Source: Azolla caroliniana
Lineage: Eukaryota > Plantae > Polypodiophyta
DNA length: 26,097 bases
Reading direction: 5' to 3'
Assembly (NCBI GenBank): GCA_043228905.1
Contig: JBHGNT010000432.1
Span: forward strand, 1 to 26,097
A program made the translations under genes and the position numbers. Numbering within the stretch: position 1 is the stretch's first letter; every line of letters begins with the position of its first letter. Below are positions 1 through 9,698 of the stretch, piece after piece. The notes beneath the pieces are model-generated. The model was not told the DNA's origin. It did no database searches and was given only the letters and a program-made list of their open reading frames with translations.

Positions 1-697
1 AATGGTTTTTCAATGATACATGTCACACTTGCACTTTTGGCTCAATTAGTTAGCATTTACACACTAAGGAATTCAATTTACTACACACTGACCTAATTAC
101 AATGCCAGTAGACTTGATGGTAAAGGGACTAGAGTTGAAATCTTATAGTGGACAGGCAATACAAATGCTTTGTTTTCTTCTCACCTTACATGGCGATATT
201 TCTTATTTTCCCTGTCACCTTAGAAACGGGTACTTTATGCATAAACTACACAAATATCACTTTTTGGGCAACGATTTTACAAACACAAAACAAGGGTATA
301 TGTACACTTTGGGAATTATAACTAACGAATTTTAAGCTAAGCAATGTGTTTCAAATTCCATCAACAATTTTATTCTAAGTGGTCAAGTTTGACAAGCCTT
401 GACCTCCAAACAAAATGTACATTTGTGAGTAGAGCACAATTACCTCTCTTTGGTTCTTTCAACCATACACTACAAATGATGAAGTAACTTGAACCACAAA
501 TCATTAGTCTAACCTTATCGCTGCATGTTTAGGGGGGGACATTTAGTGGATGCAAAGATTCATATTCCATGTTTCCTTGATCACATGGAAGTGGATTTTC
601 ATAATGTCAAATTGTCTTTTAAAATTGCATATTGAAAAATTTAGGTGTCCTCTTTTACATACAAGAATCTATACCAAATCAAGCTAAAATGCATATT

Positions 698-1084
698 TGT
701 TGAGAATCAAGCTCAACTTGGTCTAGTGTGTGAACTCACCTTGAGAGTGAATAGACACTCCAATGGTCAAGAGTCACCATTATGTCACCACTTTGTATTC
801 TAGCATTTAGTATGAGGCATAGAATCATATTCTATGACAGATAACTTATGAGCTTTCACATTCCCCATGCTCCATGAGTCTTGTAGTTAATGAAGAGAGA
901 GGGTGACTATATAAAGCACCCTCCTCCCACCTTGTATAATGTTGAGTCTTTCTCCTTTGTTAATATACTTTACCTTGCGTATTATCTATGTCTTACTCCT
1001 TGTCTCTCTCACACACACTCTCTCATACACACACACAACTCATATCTATTCCGCTGCACAGAATCCATCTCTTGACTCTTTACA
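698..1084 (+). mobile_element. Solo LTR (387 bp), probably Copia-type
   Basis: Starts TGTTGAGAATC and ends TTTACA; flanks ATATT (693-697) and ATATC (1085-1089) form a 5-bp TSD with one mismatch; internal TATATAAA near 908. Homologous to the minus-strand LTR at 21785-22191, which has a tRNA-iMet PBS. Confidence 0.8.
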
Positions 1085-1400
1085 ATATCGTTTCCCTTAT
1101 TGTGAATAACACAACTTAAGATGTTAGGCCACAATAGGTTCTTGACTTTTTGTTACCCTTTGAATTAGGTCTGACAGACTCTAGGTACAAAATAAAATTT
1201 TACATGCTCTAGTTTATATTAAATTAGAGAAGACCGAAAAACACATGACACCGAGCTAACTCGTCAAAATTTTCACAATATGTTACATTCGAAATAGAGA
1301 AAGGATGTTATTCTTGAGGAAGAGGATTCAAAATGTTCAAAGGAAGTCTCCCATAAGACTTTACAAATGGCAAAATTTCATGGAATGGTGATTTGTCAAC

Positions 1401-1855
1401 TAACAATCGGCAACGGTTCGGTTTGAACCGAACCAAACCGCGAAACCGTGTCTTAATGGCTTAACGGTTCGTTTAAGTTTCAATAGTTAGAAACCACGGT
1501 TTAAAGGGTTTAATGGTTTATTATTTTTTATATTTTTACATTTTTTTAAAAGTTTAAAAATTTGAATAAAATAAAATAAAAATAAATTTAAAAACAATCT
1601 AATTTCATTTTCAAACCTTATTCTCACATTTTAGGAAAATCTTTAAATTTTTGAAAAATTAAAAATTAAAAAAAGGAAATACTTTTAAATTTTTAAATTT
1701 TTAAATTTGAATTTTGACCAAACTCGAAACCAAACCACGAAACCACGGTTTTAACGGTTTAATGGTTTAACGATTTGAATATTTTTTAATGGTTCGGTTT
1801 CAAACTGGTTCGGTTTTGACAATCTTAAACTGAACCGAACCGTTGCCGATTGTTA
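1401..1855. mobile_element. hAT-superfamily MITE (455 bp)
   Basis: Perfect 23-bp TIRs TAACAATCGGCAACGGTTCGGTT (1401-1423 and 1833-1855); perfect 8-bp TSD TTGTCAAC (1393-1400 and 1856-1863); subterminal AACCG/CGGTT arrays; AT-rich non-coding core. An 8-bp TSD is typical of hAT. Confidence 0.93.
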
Positions 1856-1899
1856 TTGTCAACCAAGACTTTCAATGGTTCATGTGCATTAAAATACTA

Positions 1900-2300
1900 T
1901 ATGGAATATGCCATGCTTTTATTTCTAGAAATACTATAATGGTTTAATGCAATATTGAAAATATATGTAGCAAATGGAGTATATTTTGGTGCTTGTGGAT
2001 TGTACAAGGTTTTATTGAATGAGGCAAAATACAAACAATCATTTTTAGTAGAGTCTTCACTCATGTTTAGAGAATGAATGGTGCATGTTTGATCGCGGTC
2101 ATTGGTGAAGGATTTTTGGAAATTGATAAAAATATCGATGCTCTGACTAAGTGGAAGTTTTGGATTTCCTATGCAATTGGAAACATCTCGTGCCATCAAT
2201 TTTTGTAGGGATAGGAAGAGTAGTTTGTCCCCCATGTAAACCGAGTAATTATGGGAGATTGATAAATTCCAAATAAATGAAAGTTTATACTATCAATGAA
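1900..2300 (+). pseudogene. Possible highly decayed L1-type LINE ORF1 remnant
   Basis: Broken + frames read GLYKVLLNEAKYKQSFLVESSLMF..VHV and VEVLDFLCNWKHLVPSIFVGIGRVVCPP, reminiscent of plant L1 ORF1 (DUF4283 region). Many stops; recognition is weak and boundaries are approximate. Confidence 0.25.
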
Positions 2301-3296
2301 GGTTTGAACTCAAATTTATAATTGTTATAGTGTAGAGGTGACACTATTAATGCATTTTAATATTAACGTTGTGGGCTCAAATGCCATAGTGGGTGTGATG
2401 TTGCAAACATTATAAAAAGCTCTTATGGGGATTGCTCCTAAGATACGACTTCCTAACAATGTTAGCATTGTCATAGCATAGGAAGTGAAAATGATCATCA
2501 CATTCCCCTTTAAAAGGCTTTGAAATTGCAATCATTATAAAATCCCTTCTTTCGACCTTCTAGTTTTAATTAGTCCTTAAACATGACATTACAACATTCA
2601 ACCCTTGAAAATAGGAGAGAAAATGAAAACATTCCTTTTAAAAGGAAATATTTTATGACATAATATGTTAGTAGGATGAAATGAAAGTGTCCAAGGTAAA
2701 TAGGTTTCATGCACTTGGGCTTTTCTACTTTTGACCCAAACGATTTAATGCCCATTCAACGATTGCTTATATGGCTTTACATAAAACTTGATTGTGTTGA
2801 TTGTCAATGTAGACAACTCAATTTGTGGGGTATAGTACAAGTTCGTAGATATGAACAAAAGACTCATGAGAATCCGCGAATGTCGTTTTGTATGTACATT
2901 TGTACCAATTTCTCAAAATCCAATGCCAAATGAGAGCAACATGTTGGTTTTTGTTTCTTCTTAGGTACAAAGGGTAGTGAGAGGTCATGGAAAACCATGA
3001 CAAACCCCATGTTCCATGGGACCCTTACCCATAAACCTTGGACTTCTTAATGAGACTTAAATGCGCCAAAAGCTAGCTTCTTGTTCCTGCACGTTTTTTG
3101 TATACATGATTAATGATTAACATTAGTTAGGGCTCACATTATTGTGGTTATGTATACCCGAAGGTGAGCAGTGACTAGATTTGGTTATTAGTTCGACTAA
3201 TTTGTGCACAAATTTTGTATATAGTTTTTGAAGGTTACCATGTGTACACACACACATTATATTTTTCTATGAGTTTAGAAAGCCGCAAACAAACAT

Positions 3297-3463
3297 ACAC
3301 GTAATGGGCATGTAATAGCAATACATTGGCCAATATTATTTACACGTGTGTGGGGGTGGCCATGCACACGCTTGTTCATGGACACATGGCACACATGAAG
3401 AACGAGAGAAAGAGCGAGGGGGTTCAATTGCATATGCATGAATGCGAGGTGTGTGTATAAATA
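3297..3463 (+). promoter_or_regulatory. Storage-protein-type promoter: G-box/ABRE, RY elements, TATA box
   Basis: ACACGTA 3297-3303; ACACGTGT G-box 3342-3349; RY CATGCA 3361-3366; ACACATGG 3382-3389; RY TGCATG 3435-3440; TATAAATA 3456-3463, about 63 nt before the ATG. RY plus G-box is the established B3/bZIP module of seed storage genes. Confidence 0.8.
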
Positions 3464-3525
3464 GATCCTGCATCTCTAGTGTGCAAGAGAAGGCAAAAAA
3501 AACAAGCAAAATATATAGTTTAACA

Positions 3526-4296
3526 ATGATGAAGAAGATAATCTTAAGCTCTTGTATGGCCATTTTGGCCCTCATGTTGGTGGTCACCATGGTGGGTGCG
3601 GCGAGAACACCTACAATGCGGGATCGATATGACGATGGCTATGATGATATTGTTGGGTTCAATGCTGAAGATCGGCGCCGCTTCGAAGGTGGTTATGAGG
3701 ATCCACGACTCTCTCCTCAAAGGGAGGAACAACTCCGGGATGCGTGCGGGGACTATATCCGTGAACAAATGCGTGACATCCGTAAGGAAGAGGAAGGGAA
3801 CATCGAAGAGCGCGAGGGCCATAGGTGCGAGCCGGAGCGCGAAAGGAAGCACCATCGGGGTAGTGAATATGAAGAAGAAGAGCGCGAGCATGAACACGAT
3901 CGAGAGCACCGTGGTGGTGGTCGTAGAGAGCGTAGAATCGGGGGCTCATTTGTAAATAGCAGGCCTTCGGAGAGGTGTTGCCGGAGCTTGGAGCGCATCC
4001 CCGTGGAGGAGCGATGCAGCATCATGAGGGAGGTCTATGGGGGCTTACGTCGTGTTCCTCGGACTCGTGAGGAGTCTGAGGAGGAGTATAGGAGGAGGCC
4101 CCGTCATCACCACCACCATCATTCGGAAGAGGAAGAAGAAAAAGAAGAGGAGGAGAAAGAACGTCGTCGTCATGATGATGATAAAGGGGGTAGATTTCGG
4201 AGACGCGAGTTGTTGCTCGCGAGCTCGCGTCTCTTGCAACAATGCAACCTCCGGCCTCGCGCATGCTCTTCTCATAGAGAGAGCATTGTTTTCTAA
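3526..4296 (+). CDS. 2S albumin-like seed/spore storage protein precursor (prolamin superfamily), 256 aa, intronless
   Basis: AACAATG start downstream of the TATA box; signal peptide MMKKIILSSCMAILALMLVVTMVGA; Cys skeleton LRDACGDYI...PSERCCRSLERIP..ERC...LLQQCNL...RAC; Arg/Glu/His-rich; Asn sites (VGFN-A, SFVN-S) fit vacuolar processing enzyme cleavage. Confidence 0.88.
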   Translation: MMKKIILSSCMAILALMLVVTMVGAARTPTMRDRYDDGYDDIVGFNAEDRRRFEGGYEDPRLSPQREEQLRDACGDYIREQMRDIRKEEEGNIEEREGHRCEPERERKHHRGSEYEEEEREHEHDREHRGGGRRERRIGGSFVNSRPSERCCRSLERIPVEERCSIMREVYGGLRRVPRTREESEEEYRRRPRHHHHHHSEEEEEKEEEEKERRRHDDDKGGRFRRRELLLASSRLLQQCNLRPRACSSHRESIVF

Positions 4297-4339
4297 TTTT
4301 GGGTGTTGGAGGGTAGTGTTGTAAATAGGATAGATGGGT

Positions 4340-4496
4340 AAAATAATGTCCCAAAGGATGAATAATACATGCTAGCTTTTGACAGGCAAAATAATGTCAA
4401 GAATGAATAAATACATGCTAGCTTTGACAATATGATACCCATTTTGTGGCCAAATAATATCAAAGAATGAATAATAATACATGCTAGCTTTTTGAC
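4340..4496 (+). repeat. Three imperfect ~42-bp direct repeats in the 3' UTR/terminator region
   Basis: Unit AAATAAT(G/A)TC..AAGAATGAATAA(A)TACATGCTAGCTTT(T)GAC at 4340-4383, 4388-4428 and 4452-4496; each holds AATAA-type polyadenylation-like signals. Confidence 0.85.
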
Positions 4497-4899
4497 TATA
4501 TGTCTATTTTTTGTGTTTTTAAGAAATATATGATGGTATTTTGTAAAGCATTTTCAGTTATAATTGGTTGTGTGTAGATAATTTCTTAATAATTGTGCAA
4601 AACCTATTGCATTAGCATCTGTTTCTTCCATAGTTATTTTGTAACTTTCAAGCATCTACTTCCATGAAGTTGAAAGTGATTATTTCTACTTTCAAACGTA
4701 ATGCATTTGGACTTGTGTGAAACTGATCATGTAAGAAAGAAGAAAGAGATTCGTTTCGGCCCTGTGTGAATGTAAGGCATACACATGAACATCTCCCTTT
4801 TGTTTATATATAATTATCAAATTGCACAATATGTGTCATCCTTTAGTATCCTTTTAACACCTTTCCACTCTTGTCCTTAGTAAGTTTCATATCTTACTC

Positions 4900-5558
4900 A
4901 ATATAACCATGACATTTCATAGCATCACTTTGAAAGCTCTAAGAGATTCTTCCACATCCCATCTTTTGAACCATTTTTTAACATGATGAAAAAATGACTT
5001 TGAAAGCTCCTAGAGATTCTTTCACATCCATCTTTTTAACCATTTTTTAACATGATGAAGAAATGTTGTTCTTGTAAATCTCTTTGTAGTTTGCATGAAA
5101 TATTCGACACAAGATGTGGTTATTTATGATTTGGTATATTTTGAACTATTTGTAATGTAGTGCCAATATCTTTTGAATCTTCCCTCAAAAACAACATAAC
5201 AACATCTATTCGAACACTTAAAACAACATAACTTGATAGGAGGCGATAGATTTAACTCAATATTTTCTCAAAAACATCTTTTGAATCTTCTCAATCTCAT
5301 TCCATGCATTAAGAAAGATAATGCCTCTCCACACTTCTGCTCCATAAAGCACAACTTGTGTTGCCATGGCATTAAGTAACATTAGTTTCATTTCCTATCC
5401 ATTTTTTGTCGAATTTGCTTAACATATAATAACTTTTCCAACCACTTTGAAGCCTAGATTCAAAGCATACACTCCATTTATTTGTGGGTGGTACATCGAT
5501 ACCAAGATACTTAAATTGCAAAAATTGTACATGTTCTCCCTTATATGGAAGCATAAAG
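4900..5558 (-). mobile_element. Decayed non-LTR retrotransposon (LINE) fragment: RT thumb and downstream region
   Basis: Minus frames give YKGEHVQFLQFKYLGIDV..W..C..RLQSGWKSYYML, then TQVVLYGAEVW.G...NAWNEIEKIQKMFLRK...VKS..SYQVML, typical post-RT LINE motifs (FKYLG; YGxEVW). Cut at 5558 by an LTR; left boundary approximate. Confidence 0.75.
4927..5065. repeat. Tandem duplication of a ~70-bp unit within the LINE remnant
   Basis: ACTTTGAAAGCTC...ACATGATGAA(A/G)AAATG at 4927-4996 and 4997-5065. Confidence 0.9.
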
Positions 5559-5957
5559 TGTTACGTTTTGTATCCCTCCTTATGGGAGAAGAGGGCTACA
5601 AGGCCGAACACAACCGTAAGAGAGCCGTAAGGCCGAAAACCAAGTTAGGTTTATTTTGGGTCATATATATATCTTATATGGATGATCTATTGTAGTTGTT
5701 GTGAGATAGATAGAGATAGAAAAGACAGAGGTGAACTCTGCAACGTTCTTGCGAGACTAAGTAGAAAGGCAAAGGGACTTCAGAAGATGATTTGTAGGTG
5801 TTGTAGCACCATCGTCTATGACCAGACAATCATTCTACCAAGTTTTATTGCTCTGTGTTTTCTATTGTTTTTGTTTGTTCCATCCAGTTAGTGAGATGAA
5901 GATTGTGTCAAGGTTGTGGCCTCGAGTTTCTGATATTCCCCAAGTGAGATCTAGGGA

Positions 5958-8125
5958 TGTAAAAGTTAATATGCGGAAGCTTAGATAAACCGGCTCAGCC
6001 GGATAACAACAGTAAAACAGAAATGAAGGTTTAATGGAAGCTTGAGAACACACAATACGAGGGAGAGACAGAGAGAGGAGACTAGCATAAACTCAATTCA
6101 AAATAATAACACTCTGTACATACAAATGTCCTATAGAACACTTTTTATACAAGTCCTTCCCTCCTATGCCACAAGTCGATATTTGACTCGACTTTCTGTC
6201 CTTTTGCGAACAAAGCGGTGCCAACGTCATTGGTGTCGTGGATAAACATTCTCCCATCCTGACGCCCTTGCACGATGATCCGACCCTCTTCGTCAATGAA
6301 GCACCCAAGATGTGTAAACCGCACCTGCATCCCCTGGTTGACGATATACTCGATTGACACTAGGTTCTTTGTAATTATTGGGATGTGAAGCACATTTGTA
6401 AGCTTCCCTTTTTGTCCGACATGACTCAAGGGAACTTCTTCGACATTCACGATCGGGTGAGGAGTGTCGTCTCCGGTTTTGACAACTCCCAGTTGCTCCG
6501 ACTTTTCCAGAAACCAGAACCCCTCTTCGTGGCTCATCATGTGGTTAGAGGCTCCAGAGTCAACGTACCACACTTCCTCTGATCCGGAAGTGTTCTTCTT
6601 CATCGAGTTTGCCTTGTGCTTCATCACAAAGGCTGGCCCTTTTCCGGTCTTTTCGGTCCTGGATCCTTCAGATCCTTTAGTGTAGTGTGAGCTTTGCCGG
6701 CTCCCTTGTTTGGTCTTGCAGGATCTGGATTTATCCGTATCGGCGCGCTTCTTCCAGCACTCGCTCTCCCAGTGGCCTTTGTTGCCACAATACTAGCATT
6801 CCGTGTCGGCTTTCGATTACTGGTTTCCAATGCCGCCTTGACTCCCCCTTGCTTGTGGAGGGTTCAGAACTATTGTCTGCACTATCTCCGTGCCTCCAAT
6901 TCTGCTCTTGCCGGCCGTCGCTATTGCATGCAAACCCACCTCGTCCTACACATCCACGGGGCCGATCCGCCTCCGTGTATAACATCCGACTGTCCGATTG
7001 AGTGGTCCTCGACCCGGTCGCGTGGTTTTCTTTGACCATCACCATCGATTGCAGGTCGAAGAAGGACAATGGTTTCTCCCGGGTGCAAATTGTCTTTTCA
7101 GATTGGCTCGTACCGTTGTGCTAGACCATTGAGGCAGATCTGGACCATCTCGTCTTTGTCCACTGTCACATTAATGGAACCAAGCGCATCACAGATCTCC
7201 TTTATCTTGGTGGTGTAGTCGATGAACGACATGTCTCATTGCTGGATGCTATTGAGCTCTTGTCGGAGCTACAACTTCAGAGTCATGGTACTTGCGGCAA
7301 AAATCTTTCGGAGGTTTTCCTAGGCCTCTTTTGGCATTTTTGCATCCCTAATGTAGCCGAGCATTTGGTCGTGCACACAGGACGCGAGGCAATACAACAC
7401 TCAGCTCACTCCTTGCTCCCATGCTAGGAAGTCCTTGTGTGCCGAACCCGGTGATGCTACATTTGCTCCTTCCATGTAGCTCCAATATTCGTGCCCCAAT
7501 AGGTACTGGTGCATTTTATATGACCAGGATGCATAGTTGCTCCGGTCGAGCTTTTCTATAGGAAACGAGCTCACCATACTTTTGCCCATATCTTCCTTCT
7601 TTCTTTTGTTCTTTAGCGGTGATTAGGGTTTGTCTGTTTCAAGCAATTGTTAGCAGCAGAGGTTCTCAACCCTCGTGCTCTGATACCATGTAAAAGTTAA
7701 TATGCGAAAGCTTAGATAAATTGGCTCAATCAGATAACAACAGTAAAATAGAAATTAAAGGTTTAATGGAAGGTTGAGAATACATAGTACGAGGGATAGA
7801 CAGAGAGAGTAGAATAACATAAACTCAATTCAAAATAATAACACTCTTTACATACAAATGTCCTACAGAACACTTTTTATATAAGTCCGTAAAAGAACTG
7901 ACAAGTACTTCAATGCTTATATGAGCGATTGACACTAATTCCAAGGAATCTGCCTACGTACTAGGCTAAGATTGTAGACCTCTAAAGGCCTACTGGTTAC
8001 AATCCGATCCATCTCTCCGATTCGGTTCTTGGTTCCGGATACCTATCCAGTTCTCCGTTCCAGATATTGATCCGACTCTTGCTTATTCAGCCGATCTGGA
8101 TCTGGTTGAGCTTGCCCGCTCAACA
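5958..8125 (-). mobile_element. Copia B: internally deleted Ty1/Copia inserted in the LTR of Copia A
   Basis: Full 5' LTR 7689-8125 (TGTTGAG...TTTTACA on minus); PBS TGGTATCAGAGC at 7677-7688; partial 3' LTR 5958-6156 matching 7689 to about 7888; flanks AGGGA (5953-5957) and AAGGA (8126-8130) form a 5-bp TSD with one mismatch. Confidence 0.9.
6157..7589 (-). pseudogene. Copia B gag-protease-preintegrase remnant
   Basis: EKLDRSNYASWSYKMHQYLLG (Copia gag N-terminus); zinc knuckle C*YCGNKGHWESEC at about 6755-6800; protease WYVDSGASNHM; ends at DLWHRR (GAG-pre-integrase), fused directly to the LTR. Confidence 0.9.
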
Positions 8126-8342
8126 AAGGAGGCTATTTTTGTCACTCTGAAGTATAGTGAAATTTTGGTTCTGAGAGGGTCATTTGGTTTTTCCCGACTT
8201 AGGGTTTTCCACGTAAAATATTGCGTGTCCCTATTTTTCATTTTGTTATTATTTCCTTGTTGTTAGTGGTCAGTAGTAGCGTGAGTGTTTGGCCATTTCC
8301 GACCCTAATCATATCAAACTAGTATTAGAGCCATAGGTTCAG

Positions 8343-8667
8343 ATGGAGGGGAAGATGAATGGCTTTTTGGGAATGATTCTATTGGACTCCAACAACTATT
8401 CTGATTAGAAAATGAAGATGGAGAATCTCCTAATAGTGAGGGATTTGTATGAGCCGATTTATAGGAGGGAAGAGTTGATTGGGGTAGTTGAATCCAAGTG
8501 GAGAATCCTTCATAGAAAGGTTGTAGCAACCATAAGACAATTTGTAGATGTGTGCATACTCCAACATTTGGCAAATGACACAAATTGCTATGAGTTGTGG
8601 CATAAGCTTGCAGGCATGTATGAGAGGAAGAATGCCCTTAACAATGCATTACTAATGAGAAAACCGG
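8343..8667 (+). pseudogene. gag: Copia A gag, 5' part
   Basis: MILLDSNNYSD*KMKMENLLIVRDLYEPI...W..LHRKVVATIRQFVD...LWHKLAGMYERKNALN..LLMRK; Tnt1-like Copia gag with an internal stop. Confidence 0.85.
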
Positions 8668-9631
8668 TGTCGTGAAGATTTTCGGCAATAGTGTGAAAAT
8701 CCCATAAAACGTACGAAATCGAGTATGAATCACGTAGTACAATAATTGTGAAGATAACATTTTAAATAGATTTAATATCTAAGTACAAAATGATGGAGGT
8801 TTCGAATGCACTTTATTACACGAGAAACAGACAACTAAATGTCAAGATATGAGGGTATAAAGTTTGTAAAAGGAAAGGAGAAAATTGTGATATCCCACAT
8901 AGGCACGACAAATACAGCTCTCATCATATATAAGGTGGAGCAAAAGATATTATCTTTGTGTCTATGTGTGGAGCATAGAGAGTTCAAGGTAACTTGAACT
9001 AAGAGTGGAGGTGGGCTAGCTACTCGTAAAGGGTTTTGGCCAACCAAAACCGGACCGGCGATGGAGCCGGTGATCCGACAACATCCGGCGAGGCACCGGT
9101 ATCCGGCGGCATCCGGCGAACCGGCGTCCGGTGACTAGATAAATAAATATATAAATATATATACATATTTACATATACAAGGAGGGCAAGAAAGGATTCA
9201 AACCTTGCACCTCCAAGTTAGGAGTCAATTGGCTTACCATTAAGCCATGCTATTTAGTTGAAATTATATTTCTATCATTATACTTTTACATGTAAAAATT
9301 CTCATACATGGTTATCATGCACCACATGTAATACATAAGCGCCAAATGGAAAACATGCAATTTATGCATGTCTTGTACCCTCACATGCATCATATGCATG
9401 AGAGCATCTATAAAAGAGGGAAGGGGGAGGAGAAAAGACACGGTTTTTTTTGTATGAAAATTAAGAGGAAGAAATTCGTTATCAAATTGATCGTGTAATC
9501 TCAACTTCTCTCTTTCCCAATCTATCTTAAGTACTTTCTCGCCAAAGCTTGTATCGACTCTAAATCCTTCTGGTCCAGAACCCCGGCGGTTCCGCCTCAC
9601 GATCCGCGCGTAGTGACGGATCTTCACGACA
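8668..9631 (+). repeat. Gypsy C 5' LTR (964 bp)
   Basis: TG...CA ends; direct repeat of 15418-16423; TATAAAA at 9409-9415. Confidence 0.97.
9184..9254 (-). other. tRNA-derived (Pol III A/B-box) module in the 5' LTR; not a functional tRNA
   Basis: Minus strand: A box TGGCTTAATGG (9247-9237), anticodon-loop-like CT-CCT-AA, T-arm AAGG-TTTGAAT-CCTT with B box GGTTTGAATCC (9204-9194); the acceptor stem does not pair. Confidence 0.6.
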
Positions 9632-9639
9632 TAATAAAG

Positions 9640-9657
9640 TGGTGAACCCGACGTGAA
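9640..9657 (+). promoter_or_regulatory. Primer binding site complementary to tRNA-Trp
   Basis: TGGTGAACCCGACGTGAA is the reverse complement of TTCACGTCGGGTTCACCA, the 3' end of plant cytosolic tRNA-Trp as I recall it; 8 nt after the LTR. Confidence 0.88.
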
Positions 9658-9698
9658 AGAGGCGGTAGGAAGGATCAAGTCGAGATTAATACTTGGAG

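Noticed and set aside
1-545. Possible Copia RNase H tail (MPVDLMVKGL) and G-run PPT near 532-538
   Set aside because: Too degenerate; no adjacent TG-starting LTR or further motifs.
2984-3020. Two small CATG-containing hairpins upstream of the 2S promoter
   Set aside because: Stems of 6-7 bp are expected by chance; no supporting context.
3442-3525. Longer 284-aa start for the storage protein given in the ORF track
   Set aside because: That ATG lies upstream of the TATA box; ATG 3526 has AACAATG context and begins the signal peptide.
3544-4354. Multiple overlapping and antisense ORFs across the 2S gene (likewise across gag/pol)
   Set aside because: Expected by-products of GC-rich, low-complexity coding sequence; no recognisable motifs.
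4340-5065. Spaced repeats as a CRISPR-like array
   Set aside because: Only 2-3 imperfect units, irregular or absent spacers, eukaryotic context and no cas genes.
9184-9254. Functional tRNA-Arg(CCT) gene
   Set aside because: Acceptor and anticodon stems do not pair properly and the B box has TTT instead of TTC; kept only as a tRNA-derived module.
9566-9575. CCTTCTGGTC as a second tRNA-Trp pairing site (primer activation signal)
   Set aside because: Only 10 nt with a wobble, relies on a recalled tRNA sequence, and is not conserved in the two related LTRs.
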